Of a stretch of DNA of 64,000 nt, positions 29,538-37,917 are shown piece by piece (within the stretch, counting starts at the first letter, position 1; every line of letters starts with the position of its first letter). The stretch is from Vampirovibrionaceae bacterium NZW_1234 (GTDB lineage: Bacteria > Cyanobacteriota > Vampirovibrionia > Vampirovibrionales > JAGQHJ01): assembly GCA_041697335.1 (NCBI GenBank), contig JBGUGD010000015.1, positions 128,001-192,000 on the forward strand, written 5' to 3'. The position numbers and the translations under genes are program-made. A model generated the notes under the pieces. It saw nothing but the letters and a program-made list of their open reading frames with translations, did no database searches and was not told where the DNA came from.

Positions 29538-30725
29538 TTATCGGGAAAGATTTTCGATCACCATCGCCGTGGCTTCGCCCCCGCCGATACACAGGCTGGC
29601 TAACCCATAGCGCTGATTGGTCTGCTGCAAGGTGTGCATCAGGGTCACCAGAATCCGGGCGCCAGACGCCCCAATGGGGTGCCCCAGGGAGATGGCACCG
29701 CCCCGGACATTCACCTTGGCTTCATCCAGCTTGAGATCGGTGACAGCGGCCATGGCCACCGCAGCGAAGGCCTCATTGATTTCAAACAGATCAATATCAT
29801 CCATTTTCAAGCCAGCCTTGGCCACAGCCTTCTCCATCGCTCCAATCGGGGCCGTGGTAAACCATGCCGGATCCTGACTATGGGTACAGGCAGCCAGAAC
29901 TCGAGCCATCGGCTTGAACCCATGTTTTTGAACAGCCGTTTCAGAGGCGAGCAGAATCGCTGCTGCCCCATCATTAATCGTGGAGGCATTTCCTGCAGTA
30001 ATGGCCCCGGTTTTTTCAAACGCCGGAGACAGTCCTGCCATTTTGGTGTAGTCGCTTCTGGCCGGTTCTTCGTCTTCCGTAACCCGCAGGGGATCGCCTT
30101 TTCGCTGGGGGATCTCCACAGGAACGATTTCCTGGGCAAATAACCCTTCTTTAATGGCATGCAAGGACCGCTCGTAGCTGCGCATCGCAAAGGCATCCAT
30201 AGCTTCGCGGGTGAATTGGTATTTCTCCACACAACGCTCGGCACAATTGCCCATATGCATATCCCCGTAAGGATCCCACAGCCCATCCATAATCATGGTA
30301 TCCATCAACTGCTGGTGGCCCATTTTAGCACCCTTTCGCATGGTTTTCAGAACATGCGGGGCCTGGCTCATAGACTCCATCCCGCCGGCAATCACCAGAT
30401 CGGCTTCACCGATGAGCACTTCCGCACGACCAATCATAACGGCTTTCATCCCGGAACCACAAACCTTGCCGACCGTGGTCGCTCCGGTAGACGTGGGGAT
30501 ACCGGCGTGGATCATCGCTTGCCGAGCTGGGGCCTGACCCACACCTGCGGTTAACACACAGCCCATATACACTTGATCAATTTGCTCCGGTGCTACCCCG
30601 GAGCGGTCCAAGAGGGCCCGAATTGCAGCAGCCCCCAGCTCCGGGCCTGTTTTTGCAGATAAGCTGCCTAAAAAGCTTCCAATGGGTGTCCGAGCACCGG
30701 TCACCAGATAAATCGGCTCTGCCAT
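29538..30725 (-). CDS. Acetyl-CoA C-acetyltransferase (thiolase)
   Basis: [30 protein letters not shown] and LCIGGGEA motifs. Confidence 0.96.
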   Translation of the reverse strand: MAEPIYLVTGARTPIGSFLGSLSAKTGPELGAAAIRALLDRSGVAPEQIDQVYMGCVLTAGVGQAPARQAMIHAGIPTSTGATTVGKVCGSGMKAVMIGRAEVLIGEADLVIAGGMESMSQAPHVLKTMRKGAKMGHQQLMDTMIMDGLWDPYGDMHMGNCAERCVEKYQFTREAMDAFAMRSYERSLHAIKEGLFAQEIVPVEIPQRKGDPLRVTEDEEPARSDYTKMAGLSPAFEKTGAITAGNASTINDGAAAILLASETAVQKHGFKPMARVLAACTHSQDPAWFTTAPIGAMEKAVAKAGLKMDDIDLFEINEAFAAVAMAAVTDLKLDEAKVNVRGGAISLGHPIGASGARILVTLMHTLQQTNQRYGLASLCIGGGEATAMVIENLSR

Positions 30726-30932
30726 ACAGCATTACGCTCCTTAAGTACTGCCTTCTATGAATACCCCCAATAGTGTAACGAAAGCACAAAAACGCGTCTA
30801 CTGAGGGGGAGCATACGCTCTGGCGCCAGGTATTCGACACAACCATACGGCCACTGTCATGTAAAAAAGGTTTTCATTTCATCTTGAAGCCGTTTAATAG
30901 GAACACGGGTGAGTGAGTATGGCAAACCGGGG

Positions 30933-32132
30933 ATGACGATTTCAATCAAGAGTCAGCATACTTATACAGTATTTCGAGGCCCCCAGCCCTTACCGTTAAG
31001 GCTGCTCAAGGCGACGCCGGAGTCATCTGGTGCCTTGCGTTTCGCTATGGCCAAAGCTCCTGTGCCCGCCCATCAACGCAGCAAATTTCAGCAATTGCTT
31101 CGCGATATCCGATTCTATGCTCCAATCCATCTGGCCGCCCTCGTGTGTGCCTACGTCCGGAGCCAACGCCTACGCGAGCGCATGGAGCCCATTGCCGTGT
31201 ATCAGCGCGCCCGAAAAGATGTTACTCTTCGCTCACCGGAATTAATACCCCTAGTCCAGCACGTGGCTTTTCCGGCAGGCGCCCAAGGCCCCCTCTTGAA
31301 AGCATGGTATGTTCCTCGGCCTCCTCACTCCGGAAAGCCTACGATTATCTTAGCGCATGGAAATTCCGGCACCCGCAGCGGTCGAGAAGACATTATCTTG
31401 GCCTTCGCCAAACGGGGTTATGGTGTTCTGGCTTTTGACTACCGAGGCTATGGAGACAGTGTTGGCGAGCCCCGAAAACGGTATAGACCCCACGAACAGG
31501 GTCTATATGATGATTTTATGGCGGCTTCTGCCTTCTTACAAACGCACCCCAATCATCCTGTGCCGCTCTCGGAGCAGGTGGCTTTCGGTGAATCCCTGGG
31601 AGGCGGTGTGGCCATTGGGGCGATCCATCGCGAGATTCAGAAGGCCGGTCATCCGCCTCCGTTTAAGGCGCTGATTCTGTGTTCAACGTTCACGTCTCTC
31701 CCGGCCTTTTTAACGCAAATGAAAGCCAAACTCCGGCAAAAGCTCACGGTCAAAGTGCCCTTCAGCCAACGGCGCATCAGCTTGGTGCCCTCAAATTTCC
31801 TCCCTATCGAGCCCCACATGACCCAGCGCTTTGAATCCATTCACAAGATTGATGCCATTCAAATCCCCACCTTCTTTATCCATGGCTTAAAAGACAAAGA
31901 CATCCCGCCGGAGATGTCGGCCCGGCTATTTGAACGATCCGGCGTCGCGCACCCCCATCACAAAGCGATTCACTATATAAAGGAAGGACGTCACAGTGGT
32001 CTCTTTTCTTTAGATCCCACACGCATCCTGGGGCATTTTGAAGAATTTATGGCAAACGTCTATGGCCCAACCTGGGATCAACCCAAAACACCCAAGCCAG
32101 AGCAATCTGTGACGGCAACAACAAGACAGTAA
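30933..32132 (+). CDS. Alpha/beta hydrolase (ABHD12/13-like)
   Basis: AHGNSG, FDYRGYG, GESLGG nucleophile elbow, IHGLKD and EGRH; N-terminal extension. Confidence 0.88.
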   Translation: MTISIKSQHTYTVFRGPQPLPLRLLKATPESSGALRFAMAKAPVPAHQRSKFQQLLRDIRFYAPIHLAALVCAYVRSQRLRERMEPIAVYQRARKDVTLRSPELIPLVQHVAFPAGAQGPLLKAWYVPRPPHSGKPTIILAHGNSGTRSGREDIILAFAKRGYGVLAFDYRGYGDSVGEPRKRYRPHEQGLYDDFMAASAFLQTHPNHPVPLSEQVAFGESLGGGVAIGAIHREIQKAGHPPPFKALILCSTFTSLPAFLTQMKAKLRQKLTVKVPFSQRRISLVPSNFLPIEPHMTQRFESIHKIDAIQIPTFFIHGLKDKDIPPEMSARLFERSGVAHPHHKAIHYIKEGRHSGLFSLDPTRILGHFEEFMANVYGPTWDQPKTPKPEQSVTATTRQ

Positions 32133-32173
32133 TGCAGGTACTGCACTATTATCCAGGCTTCACTTGTCAATAC

Positions 32174-32250
32174 TGGGGCGACTGATGGGATTCGAACCCA
32201 CGATAACCTGAACCACAATCAGGGGCCCTGACCACTAGGCGACAGTCGCC
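32174..32250 (-). tRNA. tRNA-His (GTG)
   Basis: 8-bp acceptor stem GGCGACTG/CAGTCGCC including G-1, anticodon arm CCTGA-TTGTGGT-TCAGG, GTTCGAATC T-loop, encoded CCA. Confidence 0.97.
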
Positions 32251-32505
32251 ATATCGCTTTTCGCCAGTTACGTCCGTTTGGAAACGTAGGGAGCGATGAC
32301 GAGAATGTTATTTTAACAAGGACCCTTTGGGAAGTCTAGAGTCAACCGGGAATCCTTTAGAACTCTTCAAAACCGCCAACCCATGGGCGATTCAATTGTA
32401 ACGAATCAGGACTAACTCGAGCGACTTCACTTAAGCACAGGATTCATCATCCCCCCTTTGCGGGTATAGTGGAAATAGCACCACCGGGAACACACTCAAG
32501 GCCAC

Positions 32506-33747
32506 ATGAAAAAAATTCTACTTCTTAGCAATGCGCAGTCTATTTTGCCCAGCCAGCTTGGCGTTAAGCTGGAAGCGGAAGGCTTTTGCGTAAACCACCC
32601 TGCTCACGAGATGCATGAGTGGCTTTCCGAGATAGATGCCCATCAGCCGGATCTCATTCTGATGGAACTTTTGGAAGACAATATGCTGGAGCTCTGTCGT
32701 CTCTGTCATCGTCTTCGCCAGGAAAGCCACACCGAAAGCATTCCCATTCTTCTGTTAGGCGGCCCCAGTGTCAATGGAAACGGAAACGCATTAAATGCCC
32801 TGCTTGAAGGCTTACAAGCAGGGGCCAACGACTATTTGCAGACGCCCTTCGGTATGCCCGAGCTATTGAGTAAAATCCATACGGCGTTGCGGATGAAGAA
32901 TCTGGTGGAGCGGTCTCAGGTTTTGGCCAACCAGCTGAATTCCGTCAATGAAGAGCTCTACCAGCGCAACATTCAGGTGGAAAAAGAATTGCACATTGCC
33001 CGACAGCTTCAGCAAAGCCTGCTTCCCCCCGCCATTCCACAACCCGAAGATGATTCGGCGCCCATTTTTACGAAAATCCATTACCAGGATGACAAAATCC
33101 GAATCTCCGGGATCTACCTCCCCTGCGATGCGCTAGGTGGCGATCTTTACGACGTGATCAAATTTCCCGATGAGGCCTTGGGAATTTCCATTACCGACGT
33201 GTCCGGCCATGGGGTTCCGGCAGGCTTTATTACGGCTATCTTCAAAACGTCACTATACCGGATTACCCACCAGCAAACCGATCCATCGGTCGTGCTTTAT
33301 CATTTGAACAACGAATTGTTTGACATTGTCAAAACCGGGGATTATGTCACCAGCATCTATCTCAGGATCGATCCCCAGACTATGCAACTGGATTGTGCGG
33401 GAGCAGGGCATCCCTACCCCTTTTATTACTGTGCCAAGGAGCATGCGATTCATCGCCTCAAGAAAAACGGCACGCCACTCGTGTGGGTTCGCGACATTGA
33501 GTATCCCCTGGACAGTATCCAGTTGTCACCCGGTGATAAAGTGTTTTTAATTACCGATGGCATTTCCGAACTGAAAAATCCGGCCGGCGAAATGTATGGC
33601 GAGGACCGCGTGACGAACCATCTGCTGGAAGCCATTGAAGCCGGGGCACCGTATTTGACAGACGAACTTATCGGCAACCTGTCGGACTATACCGAAGGCG
33701 CTCCGCTGGAAGACGACATCAGCATGGTGCTGATTGAAGCGTTATAA
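32506..33747 (+). CDS. Receiver-domain / PP2C (SpoIIE/RsbU-type) phosphatase fusion
   Basis: ARQLQQSLLP, GGDLYD, DVSGHG, TDGISE and EDDIS motifs; atypical N-terminal receiver domain. Confidence 0.92.
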   Translation: MKKILLLSNAQSILPSQLGVKLEAEGFCVNHPAHEMHEWLSEIDAHQPDLILMELLEDNMLELCRLCHRLRQESHTESIPILLLGGPSVNGNGNALNALLEGLQAGANDYLQTPFGMPELLSKIHTALRMKNLVERSQVLANQLNSVNEELYQRNIQVEKELHIARQLQQSLLPPAIPQPEDDSAPIFTKIHYQDDKIRISGIYLPCDALGGDLYDVIKFPDEALGISITDVSGHGVPAGFITAIFKTSLYRITHQQTDPSVVLYHLNNELFDIVKTGDYVTSIYLRIDPQTMQLDCAGAGHPYPFYYCAKEHAIHRLKKNGTPLVWVRDIEYPLDSIQLSPGDKVFLITDGISELKNPAGEMYGEDRVTNHLLEAIEAGAPYLTDELIGNLSDYTEGAPLEDDISMVLIEAL

Positions 33748-33849
33748 TCCCCAAATTACTTGGAAAAGGCTGGGTATGTGCTAAGAACAGGTCTCACAAA
33801 CCCTATGGACTTAACGTTGAGATGGGATTATCGCTTATTAACACATCCT

Positions 33850-33884
33850 GAAACCGAAAAAAGCTTTTCAGGCCGTTCGGTTTC
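33850..33884. terminator. Possible hairpin between convergent genes
   Basis: GAAACCGAA / TTCGGTTTC inverted repeat. Confidence 0.4.
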
Positions 33885-33922
33885 GCTGGTTATTACAAGT
33901 GTTTAATTGTCAAAATGCTTAT

Positions 33923-34453
33923 CTAAATGACGGGACGACCAATAACTGGGGGGGGAGAATCTTCTGCTGGTGGAAAAATTGGCAATATGGTAGCTTTGCC
34001 ACTCCCGTCTATTACAATTTTAACAGGTATTCCATTAGGATCGATCACGTCTCCCTCAGCACCAATTTCAATTTCTTTTCCGTCTGGCCCCACAACAACT
34101 GGTGTTATCGCACTATCAAGGTCAGGAACCGTAATGGTGCCAATTGGTTTACCATCTTTGTCTGTCACGTCATATTTTCCACCACCCGCCGGTGTAACAG
34201 TATACCCTGGACCCCAAATACCCTTAATTCCATCTTTAATTTTGTCTGCCTCAGTTTTTGGAGGTTCCGGATCCGGCTCTATCGCTGTAAACGTACTAAA
34301 ATTAACGCTAATAGTGTCCGTTTTAGTACCACTATTCATGCCAATTGGGTACAAAACCTCTGAACTACTTGAACCGACGGTAGAGGTCGAGGGCAAGCCC
34401 GGTACTAAAGGATTGACACCACCTGGATTTGGGATTCCTGAAGTTGAAGTCAT
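33923..34453 (-). CDS. Pro/Gly/Thr-rich acidic hypothetical protein, lower GC than neighbours
   Basis: 176-aa ORF with GAGG RBS and an upstream sigma28-like promoter. Confidence 0.65.
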   Translation of the reverse strand: MTSTSGIPNPGGVNPLVPGLPSTSTVGSSSSEVLYPIGMNSGTKTDTISVNFSTFTAIEPDPEPPKTEADKIKDGIKGIWGPGYTVTPAGGGKYDVTDKDGKPIGTITVPDLDSAITPVVVGPDGKEIEIGAEGDVIDPNGIPVKIVIDGSGKATILPIFPPAEDSPPPVIGRPVI

Positions 34454-34489
34454 AATATTTCCTCAAGGTTAAGTCATTTGTACCCACAG

Positions 34490-34516
34490 TTATCGAATTA
34501 TTGTGTAGATACTTTA
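34490..34516 (-). promoter_or_regulatory. Sigma28 (FliA)-type promoter
   Basis: TAAA-N15-TTCGATAA on the minus strand versus consensus TAAA-N15-GCCGATAA; 36 nt before the ATG. Confidence 0.6.
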
Positions 34517-34888
34517 GAAGTGGGAGCAAAAATTAACAACATCATGCATACTTTCATGTCTTTGAGCTTGCTTCTCCTCCTCACCTCTATTGACCTATTT
34601 CCCCATGTTTAGGTCATTCGAATACAATCACTCCCCTATCTCTCGCTTCAGAGCTTGCCTCATTTCCTTCGTCATCTGTTTGAACAGCTTTTGATTTTTG
34701 GAGGTCATGCTGTCCAAATCAGGAATAATTGGCCGGAGGCGACTTTAGCATGGGGAGATAGGGTATTGCGATAAAGGCCTGTGGCTCCAGCAGCCTGGAA
34801 TGGATGGGAAAATCAAAAAGGTTATGGCAAACCTCCGATTCCTTGCAAATCGGCCAAAAGCAGGCTATTCCCCTATAAAACTAACCGC

Positions 34889-35143
34889 TTAGTTAAACTT
34901 AAACATGGCCAGCACGGTGAGAATGATGACCAAGGCCATGGCTGCATCGTTAAAGGGCTCCGGCACGACCGTGAGTGCAACCACCCCGAGAAAGAACACC
35001 AGGACCAGGCCTGCCATGACTTTTTCCTGCACGTAGCGTCCCGATCCTTCTTTGGATTCGGTTTTCGCAGGACCTTTCTTGAGAGCCGACTCCACTGCAA
35101 CAGAATCGATCAGTTGAGGCTCAGGGGGAATTACAGAAGTCAT
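34889..35143 (-). CDS. Small membrane protein (two C-terminal TM helices)
   Basis: VMAGLVLVFFLGVVALTVV and AAMALVIILTVLAMF; GGAG RBS; downstream of the TrmB gene. Confidence 0.6.
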   Translation of the reverse strand: MTSVIPPEPQLIDSVAVESALKKGPAKTESKEGSGRYVQEKVMAGLVLVFFLGVVALTVVPEPFNDAAMALVIILTVLAMFKFN

Positions 35144-35193
35144 CGTCAAACACACTCCATATTTTGTTGGGAAAACCGGACCCGGTGGGTACC

Positions 35194-36009
35194 CTAGTGA
35201 GCGCCGATGAGGATTTCCTCACCGAAAATTTTGTTTCTGAGCTTGTGGAAGTGGGTGCCATAGGCTTTTTCCATTGGCTCTTTCAACGTGCGCTCAACGT
35301 CCAGTATAAAAATATCATGAACGATCAATTCTTTCAGAATCAACACAATGGCTGGATTGCGGGTCCACAGGGCATGTGGCTGTGTCGTGCCGACAGGTAC
35401 CGTACTGACCAGGCCCTCAAAGGCATCAACGGCCAGAAACAGCCAGCGTCCACCCAACTGGGTTTCAATGGTATCAGCAAGAGAGTGTTGATAGACCGTA
35501 CAGAAATCGTAGCCAACCGAGTTATAGCCTACAATATAGATATTGACACCTCGCTCAGCCGCATCACGCAAGGGCTTTTCCAACAGGTGCTGGTCATGGC
35601 TCCACAGTTCCATAAAAATGGTTTCTCGGGCCCCTTCAATCATTTCCCGAGCGTGGGCGTAAATCGCATCTTCCCCGCGTAAGTTATGAACCGGCTCGAT
35701 ACTCTCCACCGCATAACTGGGCAGAGCCGCCCGGAGAAAATTAATGGAGCCTTGATATTGCTTTTCAAAACGGTTCAAAATTTCTTCAGGGGACACCGGG
35801 ATGTACTGAACCGGCTTGCCTTCCGTAGCCACCACCATCTTTTGAGATTCCAGCGCCTTTAGTGTGTCGTAGGCCCTGGCCTGAGGGATATTGGCATTCT
35901 TGCTGATTTCATAGCCCGTAGCCGGGTGACTCTTTAAAAGGGCTAGGTAAACTTTCGACTCGTAACTATTGAGCCCTAAGCGTTTGAGCTGTTCAATGAT
36001 AGCATCCAT
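35194..36009 (-). CDS. TrmB-family transcriptional regulator
   Basis: LKRLGLNSYESKVYLALL...TGYEISKNANIPQARAYDTLKAL and LRDAAERGVNI. Confidence 0.92.
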   Translation of the reverse strand: MDAIIEQLKRLGLNSYESKVYLALLKSHPATGYEISKNANIPQARAYDTLKALESQKMVVATEGKPVQYIPVSPEEILNRFEKQYQGSINFLRAALPSYAVESIEPVHNLRGEDAIYAHAREMIEGARETIFMELWSHDQHLLEKPLRDAAERGVNIYIVGYNSVGYDFCTVYQHSLADTIETQLGGRWLFLAVDAFEGLVSTVPVGTTQPHALWTRNPAIVLILKELIVHDIFILDVERTLKEPMEKAYGTHFHKLRNKIFGEEILIGAH

Positions 36010-36288
36010 AATGGCGTCCGAGTTGCGGTTTCCTAAAATACTTACCAAACATGGTAGTATATCCATGCGGTGTCAGAAATTTCAATCCTTGTGCATGGAA
36101 ATGTAACAATCCTGTCTTTCGCTTATCTCTCCCCCTCTTTTATTTCTAGTGCTTCCAAAAGACATCATTCATGACGGCAGCTTCATATCACTGCCCCCAA
36201 TCTGGATATAATTGTGACGTCCTTTTTTTATCTTTTCCCACGCATTACCAGAACTCTTTCTTTTCTTATGTTTTATAGACGAATAAAT

Positions 36289-36305
36289 GTTAACAAAAAC
36301 GTAAT
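36289..36305. promoter_or_regulatory. GTTAAC-N5-CGTAAT direct-repeat site
   Basis: Variant of the 6063/7721/56487 sites; upstream of the four-GntR gene. Confidence 0.4.
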
Positions 36306-36418
36306 ATTTGAATTTTTATTAGCATGTTTTATTTTTTTGTTGTTTTAATATATGTACAGCAGGGTTAAACACTTTATTGGACTAACAAATATTGATGACT
36401 TGGAGGGACTTTAGGCTG

Positions 36419-37717
36419 ATGGTCAAACAAGATAGATTGCAACAAGGTGCCGATCAGCATGCGACCGTCCGTAAAGGCGGGGGCTTACTGAAAAAGCCCC
36501 AAGCACAGGAACAGGCAACCGATTACGAAGTTCTGGAGAACGTTAGCAAGACTTCCTTAACTCGTATTGAAATGAACATGCTTCCCAAGCAAAAGCCGGA
36601 TTTTGACTTGCCGGGTGCAACCAAAGACGGTTTAATTGCCGAGTGGTTGAAAGATTGGATCCGTAACGGGGTCGAAAACGGTGACTTGACGGAAAGTCAC
36701 TTGATGCCGAAAAAAGCTGACATTGCCAAATACTTGGGCGTCAGCGTCGGGACGGTTCAAAACGCCATCCGCTTCATTGAAGACGAAGGCTTCGTTGAAT
36801 CCAAACAACGTATCGGCACCATCATCAGCAACCCGGAGCGTTCCGGCTCCCGTCTGCGCAAGCTGACATCCAAGCGGGATCATGCCGTGATTGCTGTTAA
36901 GAAACTGATTCTGGACCGCAACATCCAGCCAGGCGAAGCATTGCCCTCCGCTCGGGAAATTGCCCGTATCATCGGCAGTGCGCCAAATACCACCCGTCTG
37001 GCACTGGAATTTCTGGCCAGCCAGGGCTGCGTTGAAAATCGTGGCGCTCGTGGCAACAAAGCCAACTGGTTCCTGTACGAGGTACCTACCTTAAGTGACA
37101 GTGAAACCGTTACGGCCATTGCTTCTGACACCCTGATCGACCAAATCGAACGGGACCTCAAGAAGCTCATCGCCGATAACTACAACGTGGGCGACAAGTT
37201 GCCGTCTCACCTGGAGTTGGCTGATACCTTGAAAGTCAGTATTAAAACCGTTCACGACGCAATGTGCCGGGTTACTGAGCAAGGCATTGTGCAGTCCAAG
37301 CGGGGCCGCTATGGCACCTACATTATGCGCAAGCCTGACGCTGACAAGCTCTTCTCGACGGAAGAAGCAGCCAGCATCTTTATGCCGGCGCAAGAGGCCT
37401 TGTTTTACAACTATGAAAAAGTTGAAAAACACCTGAAGGTCTTGATCGCAAAAAAGTTCCAACTCGGTGACAAACTCCCATCGATGAGCCAATTGGCTGA
37501 AGCCTTGGATGTCAGTAGCAATACCATCCGCAAGGCCCTGCAAAACCTGGCTCAGGAAGATGTCGTTCGCTTCGAACGGGGCCGTTACGGCGGGACCTTT
37601 GTGACCAAAGTTCCGGAAATCCAAGAAGAAAAATCCTTCGCCTGGGTGTCCATCAATCCGGAAACCATCAAAAGTTACCGGAAGCAAGGCAGCAACCAGG
37701 AAGTGGTTTCCAACTAG
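36419..37717 (+). CDS. Regulator composed of four tandem GntR-type winged-HTH domains
   Basis: Four LP(S)...LA..L.VS..T...A...L...G units (MPKKADIA, LPSAREIA, LPSHLELA, LPSMSQLA); GGAGG RBS. Confidence 0.88.
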   Translation: MVKQDRLQQGADQHATVRKGGGLLKKPQAQEQATDYEVLENVSKTSLTRIEMNMLPKQKPDFDLPGATKDGLIAEWLKDWIRNGVENGDLTESHLMPKKADIAKYLGVSVGTVQNAIRFIEDEGFVESKQRIGTIISNPERSGSRLRKLTSKRDHAVIAVKKLILDRNIQPGEALPSAREIARIIGSAPNTTRLALEFLASQGCVENRGARGNKANWFLYEVPTLSDSETVTAIASDTLIDQIERDLKKLIADNYNVGDKLPSHLELADTLKVSIKTVHDAMCRVTEQGIVQSKRGRYGTYIMRKPDADKLFSTEEAASIFMPAQEALFYNYEKVEKHLKVLIAKKFQLGDKLPSMSQLAEALDVSSNTIRKALQNLAQEDVVRFERGRYGGTFVTKVPEIQEEKSFAWVSINPETIKSYRKQGSNQEVVSN

Positions 37718-37757
37718 ACAGAGCTTCAAAACATAGCCAATTTACACACACACACAT

Positions 37758-37790
37758 AAAAGCCAGGTGCCCGTCACTTGGCTTTTTTTT
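37758..37790 (+). terminator. Intrinsic terminator
   Basis: AAAAGCCAGGTG / CACTTGGCTTTT stem with T-run. Confidence 0.75.
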
Positions 37791-37831
37791 GCCTATTTTT
37801 ATTGCCTTTTTTCAGTTACAAACCTTCACAT

Positions 37832-37848
37832 TTTATATCTTTTTTATC
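37832..37848 (+). promoter_or_regulatory. TTTATAT-N6-TATC element upstream of the large Met-rich gene
   Basis: Third copy of the element; preceded by GTTACA-N4-TTCACA at 37815-37830. Confidence 0.45.
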
Positions 37849-37917
37849 AATCTTAGATATTGATTTGTTTTTATTTCAGTATCACGTAGTAGCTTTATGG
37901 AAAGTGTGTGTGTCCTT

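Noticed and set aside
32174..32250. tRNA-His as an island integration site
   Set aside because: No integrase, and no duplicated tRNA 3' end noticed in the window
33927..34472. Plus-strand 181-aa and 154-aa ORFs over the 33923-34453 gene
   Set aside because: The minus strand has the RBS and sigma28-like promoter and a more protein-like sequence
37744..37756. (AC)n run after the four-GntR gene
   Set aside because: Short, lies between the stop codon and terminator, and has no evident phase-variation role
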